Made by a program: the position numbers and the translations under genes | Notes under the pieces: generated by a model | What the model saw: only the letters and a program-made list of their open reading frames with translations | The model's database searches: none | What the model was told of the DNA's origin: nothing | Assembly (NCBI GenBank): GCA_037443785.1 | Contig: JBBINR010000003.1 | Coordinates: 11,950-75,949, forward strand | Direction: 5' to 3' | DNA: 64,000 nt | From: Ignavibacteriales bacterium | GTDB taxonomy: Bacteria > Bacteroidota > Ignavibacteria > UBA10030 > UBA8401 | Shown here: piece by piece, positions 9,155 through 18,815 of the stretch | Numbering within the stretch: the first letter of the stretch is position 1 | Layout of the letters: every line of letters begins with the position of its first letter

Positions 9155-10120
9155 ATGAATATAGCTCAAGTGTCATCGCTCAGCGGTCGCGGTCAAGGTT
9201 TACTGGAAGTCATGATTCAGGAAGCCCCGCTTCTGCAAACAGCGGAGTTCAAGCTGGAAGGAAGTTCGCATCTTGTTGTCACCGGTCGAAGCAAAACGAC
9301 CGACAGTGCTGCGCGCAAAGAAGGTGATCCCGGCGCAAAAAATACACCGACACCAAATACCACTGCGCGCAATCTCGCGCTCTACACACGCAACGTGTAT
9401 ATCGACGATGTCCGTCGTAACGACGTTGCTGCCGGTCTGCAGTCTGTTGAAGGATTGCGCTCGTTCGGCGATACACAGCTTCGCGTTGAAGCGAAAGGTC
9501 TCGCGTCTGAACTTGCGAATGAAATCATTAACGGTATCGATGCAAACGACGTCGGCGGTGTGTATCACATGCTCGGCATCAATCAGTTTGTAAAGGATGC
9601 TGCTGCTGCCGGACAAACAGCGCGCTTCGGTTTTACCGCTGCGCAAATTGCCGCGTTGAACAAAGAGGTAACACTGCAGCTAAATACCGCTGCAAACCAA
9701 GATGCATTTGTTGAATTGCTGGAACAAGAGATCGTGAATGTTCCGGGTGCGAATGCACTTATCATGAGCGGTCCGCTTTTCGCGCGTCTTGGAACAATTG
9801 CGCGACGGCTCGGCGCTGCAGGCGAAACACGAAACAGCTTCGGCGTTTCGGTGAAGACGTTTGCAAACGTTCCGATGATTCCGGTTGCAGGATTGGCAAT
9901 GGATGAAACATACGATGCCGTTGTCAACGCAGGCTCTATCTTCATCGTTCGCTTTGCTGAAGATACCGGCGTGCAGATCGACACGAACAGCGGTATCGCA
10001 TTCAAAGACTTCGACGAAGTCGAATCGATTCCTGCCGGCATGTCGCGCATTCAATCGTTCGTCAACCTGTCAATCCGTGAATTGAATTCTATTCGCCGAT
10101 TGTCACGCATTACGCTGTAA
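9155..10120 (+). CDS. Major capsid protein
   Basis: 321 aa, follows the scaffold, AGGAG RBS, and is followed by a strong hairpin. Confidence 0.65.
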   Translation: MNIAQVSSLSGRGQGLLEVMIQEAPLLQTAEFKLEGSSHLVVTGRSKTTDSAARKEGDPGAKNTPTPNTTARNLALYTRNVYIDDVRRNDVAAGLQSVEGLRSFGDTQLRVEAKGLASELANEIINGIDANDVGGVYHMLGINQFVKDAAAAGQTARFGFTAAQIAALNKEVTLQLNTAANQDAFVELLEQEIVNVPGANALIMSGPLFARLGTIARRLGAAGETRNSFGVSVKTFANVPMIPVAGLAMDETYDAVVNAGSIFIVRFAEDTGVQIDTNSGIAFKDFDEVESIPAGMSRIQSFVNLSIRELNSIRRLSRITL

Positions 10121-10165
10121 AATTATTCTCCACACGCTCGCGTCGTCTCCTGCTGCATTATTCTT

Positions 10166-10196
10166 GTCCCGTTGTTGACTCCGACAACAACGGGAC
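10166..10196 (+). terminator. Perfect 12-bp stem-loop directly after the major capsid gene (terminator or attenuator)
   Basis: GTCCCGTTGTTG-actccga-CAACAACGGGAC; no U-tract. Confidence 0.4.
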
Positions 10197-10231
10197 GGGA
10201 TAGTGCGGTGAGAACGAAGAAAGGAAACTTT

Positions 10232-10450
10232 TTGGAACAAGAACTAACGGTTTTAGGAGTTGCTGCAACATCAATCACGCTCATCTACGGCGGCATACGT
10301 GTTATCTCATTTGTTTCCGATAGACCGAAACGTGAGGAAGTGACAAAGATGATCGAAGACAAACTTGAAGTGGTGAATGTAAAAATTGACGGCGTTGCGC
10401 GTGATGTAAAACGTATCGCCGATGCTTTTGACAAAAAAACAAAACGCTAA
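10232..10450 (+). CDS. Small membrane protein (TTG start proposed)
   Basis: TM helix LTVLGVAATSITLIYGGIRVISFV. The track's upstream TTG start at 10172 lies inside the hairpin. AAAGGA RBS precedes the TTG at 10232. Confidence 0.3.
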   Translation: MEQELTVLGVAATSITLIYGGIRVISFVSDRPKREEVTKMIEDKLEVVNVKIDGVARDVKRIADAFDKKTKR

Positions 10451-10471
10451 TTATTTTTTGAAGGAGTAATC

Positions 10472-10927
10472 ATGTCATATTTTAGAATGCAAGTGAAGTC
10501 AATTAAGATCGTCCAGGCTGCGGATACGACAGACTTCACAACCGCCGCTGCATTCGCAGCAGGCACAGACCTCGGCGATCTAAAAGGTACGCCGTTCGCA
10601 AAAGTCAACATCGACCCGAAAACAGTTGATACACAGGCTGGTAAGAAAACGCTCGGCAAAACAGCAAAGGTTGAAGTTAACGTTGTGATGCCGGTCGATG
10701 AAACACTTCAAACGACACTTCTTGGCTTTGAAGGGAAAAACGTTGCGCTGCTTTGCACGCCAAAAGGTGCAGTGAGTGCTGATAATCCTTATCTGGTTAT
10801 CAAAAACTTTCCGTTGCAACACGGCACCGAAGTCCTTGTCGGTGATGCTTCAACGGTAAAATTGATGGGCGAAGTTCCGGTATATGATGAAACGGATATT
10901 ATCGACCGCCTCGCTGCATTGGTATAA
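10472..10927 (+). CDS. Major tail (tail tube) protein, putative
   Basis: 151 aa; position between capsid and the G/GT chaperone-tape measure block. Confidence 0.45.
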   Translation: MSYFRMQVKSIKIVQAADTTDFTTAAAFAAGTDLGDLKGTPFAKVNIDPKTVDTQAGKKTLGKTAKVEVNVVMPVDETLQTTLLGFEGKNVALLCTPKGAVSADNPYLVIKNFPLQHGTEVLVGDASTVKLMGEVPVYDETDIIDRLAALV

Positions 10928-11004
10928 AAATTCAAACACCCCAACAGAGAAAATAGCCGTGTCCGGTGCATCGGCGCGGCTCTTGAGTTTAACAGGAGAA
11001 CTCG

Positions 11005-11373
11005 ATGAGCAAACAAAAACAGAATATCGTTCACATCAACGGTAAACAATTCACTATTGCGCAAACGGCAAGCAGCAAGCGATTACTCAAAGTCGCAAAA
11101 GTCTTCGGCGCGAAAACTCTCACAGAAGCACATACAATGTTCATCGGTGTATCGAATGATGAAGCACAAAAAATCTTCGACGCACTGCTTCTTAATATTA
11201 TTACTGACGATGAACGGCTTACTATTCTACTCGGCGCTCTTATTATAGAACCGCTTAGCCCGGATGATATTGAAAAGTTTGATGATGTCTTTCAATTAGG
11301 AGAAATGCTTACAAATTTTTTTACGAACTACACTCCCGGTTCGAAGAACTTGCAGAGTGTTACGCAGGAATAG
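11005..11373 (+). CDS. Tail assembly chaperone (G-like)
   Basis: 122 aa immediately upstream of the tape measure. The -1 frame stays open to 11636. Confidence 0.55.
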   Translation: MSKQKQNIVHINGKQFTIAQTASSKRLLKVAKVFGAKTLTEAHTMFIGVSNDEAQKIFDALLLNIITDDERLTILLGALIIEPLSPDDIEKFDDVFQLGEMLTNFFTNYTPGSKNLQSVTQE

Positions 11374-11636
11374 CAGGCGATGCAAACGGCGAATCGGTTA
11401 TTGAACAACCGATTGAAGAATCACTGAGAGAGATCGTAAATTTTTGTGCTAATGGAATTTTTACCGAGTGGGAAAAATGTTGGAATGAACGAAGCGTCGG
11501 TGATCTGCTTGCGTTCTACATTGAACAGAACCAATTCATCAAAGAATCATTCTCGCATGTAACATCAGGCGGGAAAAAAGAATTCAAGGAATTACTCATC
11601 GACCTTTTTGAAGTGCTTATACGACGCAGATTTTAA
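11005..11636 (+). CDS. Frameshift-extended chaperone isoform (GT-like), predicted
   Basis: Fusion of the 11005 frame with the -1 frame 11316-11636 (…AGDANGESVIEQPIEES…LIRRRF). Confidence 0.35.
11316..11322 (+). promoter_or_regulatory. Candidate -1 programmed ribosomal frameshift slippery site (T TTT TTT)
   Basis: A run of 7 T (X XXY YYZ) in the zero frame, 50 nt before the chaperone stop. The -1 frame is open from 11286 to the TAA at 11634-11636, two nt before the tape-measure ATG. Confidence 0.45.
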
Positions 11637-11639
11637 TTC

Positions 11640-13973
11640 ATGGAAACGATAAAAATAAAAATAGACATCGACGGCACGCAAGTCAATGGAACACTTGCGC
11701 TGACAACGGATAATTTGAAACGGCTTGTGCAGCAATCCGATTCACTTTCGTCTTCCGGAAAATCTGCGTTCAAAAGCTACAGAGATAATATCGCCAACAT
11801 CGGCTTTGCAATTGACGGCGCTCGAAGAATATTTGATGTCATCAATGGAACACTCGGCGACAGCGTTCGCGCGTATCAAGAATCTGAAAATGCTTCAACG
11901 AAATTGACACAGGCGTTGAAGTCGCAAGGTATTTACAGCGAGATACTTATTGATGACTTGAAAAAGTTTGCTGCAGAGCGTCAACGTCTTACCGGAATTG
12001 ATGATGATGCGATCGTTTCCATTATGGGACAGCTCACAGCGATGGGTTTACAGGGGAAGGCGTTGAAAGATGCGGTTGTCGCCGTTCAAGATTTAAGCAC
12101 GTTGATGGACGGCGACATGCAAGGTGCTGTTCGCGTTATTGCCGATGCGTTCGACGGCAACGCCGGAATGTTGAAACGATACATAAAAGGTTTAGATGAA
12201 GCGGACATCAAAGAGCGTGGAACGATCTCAATCATTGAGCAGCTGACAAAAGCTGTCGGCGGACAAGCGGAGGCGATGGGAAATACCGGAGCCGGTGCAA
12301 TTAAAAAATTTGAAGCTGACTTAGGCGATGCAAAAGAATCTGTCGGCGAAATGATTTCACTCGCACTTATTCCGCTTGTGAATGTTGTTGATTCAATGGC
12401 ACGTGCATTTAACGGCCTTGAACCTCCGGTAAAGAATACTGCGATTGCGATTGGCTTTGTTGCCGCCGCTGCATACGCTCTTCAATCGGTCGGCATTATT
12501 GCATTCTTAGGCAAAGTTACAGTTGCCGTAAAAGGTATTTCGTTTGCGTGGACTGGATTAAGCGCTGCAATTGCGATTACCAATGCTCTTATCGGTGGTG
12601 TTGCCATTGCCGCATTATCCGTTTTCGGATTGCTTATTGAAAAGTTTTATCTCGACTGGAAATTGAAACAGAAAGAGATTGAACACATTGCAAGTTCATC
12701 TGCAGCGATGACTCAGGAAACAATCGATAAAATCAATAAGCTGCCGTCGATAAAACTCAAAATTCAAAGCCTTGATTTTGAGATTAAGGAATCGAAGGCA
12801 CGGCTTCAGGAACTTTACGACTATGCAGAAAAACTTCGTGCCGATAGTGCGAGCGATCAAGACATTGCAAAAGCCGATGCAGCGCGAGATGCAGAAGTTG
12901 AGCGATTGAAGCGATACGAAGATACAAAGACATCGATCATTACCGATTCTGAAAAGAAGCGCAAGGCAAATGCCGGAGTGATTGCTACTGAACTTGAAGA
13001 GCTTCGTGTTAAAACGATGCAGGATGGTTACGCAAAGCACAAAGCACAAGCTGAACTGGAATATGCTGAGGCTCTTAAAAAACTTAATGAGCGTTTGAAG
13101 AAAGAAGAAATCCTGCAGGAAGACTATACAAAGTTTCTTGCGCTCGAACAAAAGAAACGTGATGACATCGTCGCACCGCCGCTCAAGAAAGTAAAAATAA
13201 AATCGACTGCCGATGCCGAAGCTGAGGAGACCGAGAGAAACAAAAAAGCACTCGACAAACGCGTGAAGGATACTGGCGGCGCGTTAAAAAAAATTGATGA
13301 AGCGAAACTCGACGCACTTGATAACAGTGCCGCTATCGACAAAAAAAATGCTGAAGACGATGATGCAAATAAGGAAGCGCAGCAGAAGGCAACGGAACAA
13401 AACATCCTTGCTGCAACTCAGCAATATGATACGAGCAAATCGTTTGCTGAAAACATGAAAGATATATCGCGCGCGAACATTAAACGCATCATCGCCGAAG
13501 CTGTTGCAACGCAACTGGCGAAAGTCATTTCGATGATTCCCTTTCCGCTTAATATCGTTGCTGCACCTGCTGCCGGTATTGCCGTTCAAGCGATGATTGA
13601 AAAGATCGTACCGAAATTTGCTATTGGCGGATTGATCGGCGGACAGAGACACGCCCAAGGCGGAACACTCATTGAAGCTGAAGAGGGTGAATTCATTATG
13701 AACCGTGTCGTTACTCAAAAGCATTTCAATTTTCTCTCAGCTCTCAACGCAGGTAAAATTACGCTGCCAAAATTTTCCACCGGCGGCGTTGTTGGAAGTG
13801 TTGTTGCGACGGTATCGAATGCGGGAACTGATTTGAAAAGAGAATTTAAGACTCTCACAAAAGCTATCATTAACAATCCGCCGATTGTTAAAAATAGTTT
13901 TGATACCGACTGGACGCGGATGCGCAAGGGTGAACGAAAACTTCAACGCGTGAAAGCAGCATACGCATTATGA
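11640..13973 (+). CDS. Tail tape measure protein
   Basis: 777 aa with long coiled-coil and charged repeats, central hydrophobic segments, and C-terminal GG-rich region. Position after G/GT. Confidence 0.85.
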   Translation: METIKIKIDIDGTQVNGTLALTTDNLKRLVQQSDSLSSSGKSAFKSYRDNIANIGFAIDGARRIFDVINGTLGDSVRAYQESENASTKLTQALKSQGIYSEILIDDLKKFAAERQRLTGIDDDAIVSIMGQLTAMGLQGKALKDAVVAVQDLSTLMDGDMQGAVRVIADAFDGNAGMLKRYIKGLDEADIKERGTISIIEQLTKAVGGQAEAMGNTGAGAIKKFEADLGDAKESVGEMISLALIPLVNVVDSMARAFNGLEPPVKNTAIAIGFVAAAAYALQSVGIIAFLGKVTVAVKGISFAWTGLSAAIAITNALIGGVAIAALSVFGLLIEKFYLDWKLKQKEIEHIASSSAAMTQETIDKINKLPSIKLKIQSLDFEIKESKARLQELYDYAEKLRADSASDQDIAKADAARDAEVERLKRYEDTKTSIITDSEKKRKANAGVIATELEELRVKTMQDGYAKHKAQAELEYAEALKKLNERLKKEEILQEDYTKFLALEQKKRDDIVAPPLKKVKIKSTADAEAEETERNKKALDKRVKDTGGALKKIDEAKLDALDNSAAIDKKNAEDDDANKEAQQKATEQNILAATQQYDTSKSFAENMKDISRANIKRIIAEAVATQLAKVISMIPFPLNIVAAPAAGIAVQAMIEKIVPKFAIGGLIGGQRHAQGGTLIEAEEGEFIMNRVVTQKHFNFLSALNAGKITLPKFSTGGVVGSVVATVSNAGTDLKREFKTLTKAIINNPPIVKNSFDTDWTRMRKGERKLQRVKAAYAL

Positions 13974-15094
13974 AATCGGTTCTTGCCTATAGCAAAACGC
14001 ACACATTTCAACTCTTCGTGAAGGAAGCGAAAGTAACGCGTCGTTATGAAGAAAAGGATTATGATTTTGTGGCGAGCGATCTGCAGCTTGATCTGACGGA
14101 CGGAAAAGAGTTGTATGATCTTGTTAACGCCGGCGAAGAAATATTTATCGCAATCAAAGATGGTGACGTGACAAAGTTTTACGGTACAATTCAATTTGAA
14201 GGGTCCGGTTACAATCCCGAAACAGAAATTTATTCGTTCACCGCGCTTCATATTTCTAAAAAAGTTTTTGGTTTGCTGAAAGACGCACTACATAATACAC
14301 AATGGTATTCCGACATCGAAATCATCCAAGATGTGAGTCTTGAATTTGTTCGATTCAATATGGCGCTCTATGATGCCGGTTTCGCGCCATATGCCAACGA
14401 CCAAAAATATACGATGCGAGATAGATTAATCGATATAGCAAAACAATATCGGTTTGTCATGGGAGTGTTGGATGATTTATCTGCAATCGGAAAATATCAA
14501 TTGACGTTTCAAAAGAAAGCCGATCTAAAATCTATTGTACATACCGGTTATGATGAACTCATCTCCGAGTATAATGAAGAAGATTGCAACGCTGAATATG
14601 AATATGTTTTATTCCCCTGCCGTATTAATGAAGCTGGCGAAATCTTTTCAGCGTATGCGATTCACTCATTGAAAGAAACAAAAGTGATTGTGACGAGCAG
14701 TGATAATTTTGAACCGCGAGATTATCATGGTGTCAGAATGGAATTTATCAAGGTCGGTGATAAGCTGAATATCCCTGATAATTGTTTAGACTTGAGAGTT
14801 CCATCTGAAGTATATGGTGACGTTGTGAAAGAGAAGCATCCGTTCATCGATCTGCCTATGTTCACATTTATTTTTCTCACCGACGAGTGGACTGAAACGC
14901 CTGAGGCATATTGTTTGCGTGAATTTCAAACAGCAATTTCACCATATAAAGAAATCACAACTTTATTTTCAGAAATGCTTCCGGTAAATCCGTGCGAGAC
15001 AATTAATATCGTCGGTGGAAACAGCACAATTCACGAGATCGAAGATGATCACGTTAATGAAACGACAAAAACTATTTCAAGGAAATATTTGTGA
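13970..15094 (+). CDS. Distal tail protein (putative)
   Basis: 374 aa, 4-nt overlap with the tape measure stop. Confidence 0.45.
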   Translation: MKSVLAYSKTHTFQLFVKEAKVTRRYEEKDYDFVASDLQLDLTDGKELYDLVNAGEEIFIAIKDGDVTKFYGTIQFEGSGYNPETEIYSFTALHISKKVFGLLKDALHNTQWYSDIEIIQDVSLEFVRFNMALYDAGFAPYANDQKYTMRDRLIDIAKQYRFVMGVLDDLSAIGKYQLTFQKKADLKSIVHTGYDELISEYNEEDCNAEYEYVLFPCRINEAGEIFSAYAIHSLKETKVIVTSSDNFEPRDYHGVRMEFIKVGDKLNIPDNCLDLRVPSEVYGDVVKEKHPFIDLPMFTFIFLTDEWTETPEAYCLREFQTAISPYKEITTLFSEMLPVNPCETINIVGGNSTIHEIEDDHVNETTKTISRKYL

Positions 15095-15564
15095 CTCCAA
15101 AAGTTGTTTACACTCTTAATGGTGTTGAGAAAACGGTTCTGCTGCTGCCATCAGATTTTACATTGATGTCGCAACGCTGGGAAAAGGATTATGTTGAATA
15201 TAAAAATCCATTTACCGGAGACATGAAGCGAAAAAATCGCGGCTATTATTATACAGCGACAATACAATATGAAGGTGTATTTTATGATTTGATGAACACG
15301 ACGTATCGAGATTTGTTCAATGTGAAAATTTCCGACATGAAGTTTTTCCCGAACATCGATTCACAAGAGCACTACGACGTTGATACGAATGACACACTTG
15401 AACATGATGACAATGACGTGGCGATGGCGTATGAAAATTTCCAATTAGTTTTCACTTCAAAGAAACGCTATGAGTCTCCGTTGAATTATCCGGTCGGTTA
15501 TTGGGGAGCGCGGCGAACGACATTTACAGACATCGGCAGCACAACATTTGATTCATATATTTAG
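15091..15564 (+). CDS. Hypothetical tail protein
   Basis: 157 aa, translationally coupled. Confidence 0.45.
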   Translation: MTPKVVYTLNGVEKTVLLLPSDFTLMSQRWEKDYVEYKNPFTGDMKRKNRGYYYTATIQYEGVFYDLMNTTYRDLFNVKISDMKFFPNIDSQEHYDVDTNDTLEHDDNDVAMAYENFQLVFTSKKRYESPLNYPVGYWGARRTTFTDIGSTTFDSYI

Positions 15565-15578
15565 AAAGAAATAATTCT

Positions 15579-16586
15579 ATGCCAACCAATATACAGACGG
15601 TTGCAGCATCCGATACATTGGACGCAGGACGACAAAAATTTAATGCGAACGACGAAGCATTGAAAGCCACTGCAGATGCTAATACCGCTCAGCAAGCGCA
15701 GCATGTTACAGATGGTCATCCGACGTTGTATTACACAAGGGCTCAGATCGATGCGGCACAAACGACGCAGGATAATGCGCTTGTGACTCACAAGGCAAGC
15801 GGCGATCATGATGCACGGTATTTATCATCATCGCTTCTTGCCAATTTGATGCGATTAACACTCGATCAAATTATCGACGGGATAAAAACATTCGTGCAAA
15901 ATATAAAGGTGAAAAAAGCGCAGCCGGCAATTGAACTGCAGCACTCCGATGGGACACCAATTGGTAACTTCTCCGGAGACGTTGTTGCTGGAAAGACTGT
16001 TGTGCGTACGCAAATTGTTGAGGCTGGTAATAATGTAAAGACGATATGCGAAGTGAATGAAGGTGGAACAATAGTAGATTTCCCAAACCATGATGTGGGT
16101 GCAAAAGGATTAAAGCTCGCTACTGAGGAATATGTTTCAAGCAAATTTATCAACGGACAAGTTAGTGGTTCGTTCTCCGTGCAAGAACAGTTACATGCTG
16201 CGAATTATTCAATCGCCGATCCAATTTATTCGAAGATTGAAGGAAATAGAAAATTCAATGGATTGCCGAATTGTAAATTGATTCGTGTCTGCATCCATAG
16301 AGTTATTACCGGCAGTATTTACGTCGGTGAATCATTCGAGTTGAATTTTGATTTTACATTGAACGTAAGCCAGAATCAATGTTGTTTTGTCTATGTCGCA
16401 CGGGGTATTGACTATGGTGGAGGAACTTATAAACCGCAATTAAAAATCGTCCGCCGCACGTACACAATCAATGCTGTTGTTGATGAAGAGATTGTATCGA
16501 CGTATGGCGGATTTGGCAGCGGAAGCACCGTGAGCAGCAGTGCAACCGATGATTGGTTTGTCACTTTACTATTTCAGATGGCTTAA
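15579..16586 (+). CDS. Tail fibre protein
   Basis: 335 aa. N-terminal motif GHPTLYYTRAQIDAAQ...HKASGDHDARYL is shared with the next gene. Gly/Ser-rich C-terminus. Confidence 0.55.
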   Translation: MPTNIQTVAASDTLDAGRQKFNANDEALKATADANTAQQAQHVTDGHPTLYYTRAQIDAAQTTQDNALVTHKASGDHDARYLSSSLLANLMRLTLDQIIDGIKTFVQNIKVKKAQPAIELQHSDGTPIGNFSGDVVAGKTVVRTQIVEAGNNVKTICEVNEGGTIVDFPNHDVGAKGLKLATEEYVSSKFINGQVSGSFSVQEQLHAANYSIADPIYSKIEGNRKFNGLPNCKLIRVCIHRVITGSIYVGESFELNFDFTLNVSQNQCCFVYVARGIDYGGGTYKPQLKIVRRTYTINAVVDEEIVSTYGGFGSGSTVSSSATDDWFVTLLFQMA

Positions 16587-16948
16587 TGATTGAAGAGATA
16601 AAACATACCGATTCCGATTTTCATCGTTTGCGTCAAGCAATCAATAAAAACGATAAAGCTCTGCAGAAGGATGTTGACGAGCTGCGAAACGCCGATGACA
16701 AACACGCGGCGACCGGTCATCCTGACTTGTATGATATGAATGGAGCGGCGGCTGCTGTGCAGATAAGTCTTAATTCACATAAATCTGGCGGAGATCACGA
16801 TACACATAATGATGTATTATACGCCGCAAAAAATAAATTCGATCAATTCACAAATTTTCTTTTGACCGGCGACTATGATGTGAGCACGGCGTTATTTGAT
16901 ATTGATGTTGCTCGGTTACCAATTGCAATTGATATGGGAGTTATCTGA
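16586..16948 (+). CDS. Tail fibre-associated protein sharing the N-terminal GHPxLY/SGDHD module
   Basis: TAATG overlap with the upstream gene. Motif GHPDLYDMNGAAAAV...HKSGGDHDTHNDVLYA. Confidence 0.45.
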   Translation: MIEEIKHTDSDFHRLRQAINKNDKALQKDVDELRNADDKHAATGHPDLYDMNGAAAAVQISLNSHKSGGDHDTHNDVLYAAKNKFDQFTNFLLTGDYDVSTALFDIDVARLPIAIDMGVI

Positions 16949-18528
16949 TGGGAAAATTACAAACATTGCGCGGTTCTGTTCTACCAGCGTTTGATGCGAA
17001 TCTTTATCCTGAGAGTGTGCAATTTACTGTTATCGTTGGCGGGGTTGTTACCGGTGTATACATCAGCAATGGAGTTTCGTGGGGTGATAATTTAATTTTA
17101 GTGAAAAGAATTAACGATAAAATTGTTCCAACAAACTCAAGGATATATGAACAAAATTATGGAGCGTTTGAGACAGGAATAAGAATAGTCTCATCTCAGC
17201 AGAATGTATTGCAAGGTTTGTTCGATGCCGTCGAGCCGGATGGAGTTGTTATTGATAACGACGCGGCTTTTACCACCGACCTTCTCGGTAAGACAATAAT
17301 GCAATTAACGTCAAACGATAATACTAATACTGATGGCACCGTCACGCGAGCTCCCAATTTTCCCAACGGGAATTGGGAACACATATCTGCAAGGATTATA
17401 GAGGTTATTAGCTCTACAAAACTTCGTCTTTCAAACGACATATTTAGACCGGGCAAATCATATTATTATGCAATTGATAATCATACCGGTAAAATAATTG
17501 AATCGCTAAAAGGGTTTATTACTACGGACACCGCAAGCAAGCTGATTGATAATAATGCAGTTTTTACAGGAGCCGTCGTTGGAAACTATGTTCTTGTTTA
17601 TAATGGTTTTTACTGGTACAGGTCAATTATTACCGCACTTGATAGTGCAACACAACTATCGCTCGACGTTGATATACCAACGATCGTGGGTCGGCAATAC
17701 ATTATCATCATATCGGACGATGCTTACAGATTCATACAATCAGCGGCTGACGATGTTTCAAATAATTCTTTTGGTTACAATCCTTTTGTCGTGGCTATTA
17801 AAAATGGCGTTTATCGAGAGTCCGTATTTGTTGGTACGCGAAGCTCGGAATACAATCACGTTGGGTCCGATCATATAATTTTCACGGGGGATAATCGCCA
17901 AAATTCATCCGTTGTAATAAAAGGCTCATTTGCAACGACTCCAACAACCATTTCTTCTACATTTGGTCTTCGTTGCAGTGGCTCTCTTCGGATTGTCTCT
18001 ATCGGTATTAGTTATAATTATACAATCGCCGCATTGTCATCCTCATATTCGGGGAGTATAGTCATTGAAAAATCAACAATCTCAAATGTAATTTCCGCCG
18101 CCGTTGGTGTCGGTTTAATTAAAATGGGTGATTGTATATTCAACAATGTGTCGTTAAGCATATTTTCCACTCAATCACAAGGTGGTGAGGGTTATTTTTA
18201 TGGTTCAATCGAAATACAGACTAACATGAATCTTGTCAGCCACTACTCACAAGGTGTTATAGCCGTTTTTGTAGACGGCGCGACAATCTCCGGAGCTGGC
18301 ACGCTAAGCGGAGGAGATCCTTTTGTACCGTATATAGGAGCAAAAGTGAGTGGAACATCGTTGCCAAAATTAACAGACGGTTCGAGTGTATGGGAACGAT
18401 ATTTTCAAACAACAAAGACTGCTGCAACAGCAACGGCAGGCGTTGGCGCTTTGCCGGCAACACCAGAAGGATTTATTATTGTTTACGTTAACGGAGCACA
18501 GAAAAAAATACCTTATTACAACGCATAG
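16948..18528 (+). CDS. Tailspike or receptor-binding protein with predicted right-handed beta-helix
   Basis: 526 aa with periodic short hydrophobic and Asn/Ser/Thr-rich repeats (VFVGTRSSEYNHVGSDHIIFTGDNRQNSSVVIKGS...ISNVISAAVGVGLIKMGDCIFNNVSLSIF). Confidence 0.5.
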   Translation: MGKLQTLRGSVLPAFDANLYPESVQFTVIVGGVVTGVYISNGVSWGDNLILVKRINDKIVPTNSRIYEQNYGAFETGIRIVSSQQNVLQGLFDAVEPDGVVIDNDAAFTTDLLGKTIMQLTSNDNTNTDGTVTRAPNFPNGNWEHISARIIEVISSTKLRLSNDIFRPGKSYYYAIDNHTGKIIESLKGFITTDTASKLIDNNAVFTGAVVGNYVLVYNGFYWYRSIITALDSATQLSLDVDIPTIVGRQYIIIISDDAYRFIQSAADDVSNNSFGYNPFVVAIKNGVYRESVFVGTRSSEYNHVGSDHIIFTGDNRQNSSVVIKGSFATTPTTISSTFGLRCSGSLRIVSIGISYNYTIAALSSSYSGSIVIEKSTISNVISAAVGVGLIKMGDCIFNNVSLSIFSTQSQGGEGYFYGSIEIQTNMNLVSHYSQGVIAVFVDGATISGAGTLSGGDPFVPYIGAKVSGTSLPKLTDGSSVWERYFQTTKTAATATAGVGALPATPEGFIIVYVNGAQKKIPYYNA

Positions 18529-18536
18529 GAGAATTT

Positions 18537-18815
18537 ATGAAACTAAATATTATACCAGTAGCAATAGATCTGCAAATGGCAGATATAATCGAAATACAAA
18601 TAAATGCGCTGCGGCTGAATGACAGCGCAGAGATTCACGTCGATTTTTTTAAGGATAAGGGATTGATTATTATTAACGGTGCTAGTGTACCAAATTATGA
18701 GCGCATTGCGCAGAAACAATTTGTCATCGCCGGTGCAGACTATCAAGCATGGAACGACGACCAATATGTGATTGATTATGTTATGAATAAATTTGGATTG
18801 ACGCTTGCTCAATGA
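18537..18815 (+). CDS. Hypothetical tail protein
   Basis: 92-aa ORF, coupled to the next gene. Confidence 0.4.
   Translation: MKLNIIPVAIDLQMADIIEIQINALRLNDSAEIHVDFFKDKGLIIINGASVPNYERIAQKQFVIAGADYQAWNDDQYVIDYVMNKFGLTLAQ

Noticed and set aside
10172-10231. ORF-track start (TTG at 10172) for the small protein after the capsid gene
   Set aside because: This start and the first 25 codons lie inside the perfect 12-bp hairpin. An RBS-supported TTG at 10232 is more plausible.
11057-11248. Alternative-frame 63-aa ORF inside the chaperone gene
   Set aside because: No RBS and it overlaps a better-supported frame. The biologically meaningful alternative frame is the -1 extension starting at the T7 run.
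15579-16948. Possible diversity-generating retroelement (TR/VR pair) in the tail-fibre genes
   Set aside because: The two copies of the GHPxLY/SGDHD motif are similar only at the protein level. The DNA is diverged, not near-identical with A-specific changes, and there is no reverse transcriptase in the window.
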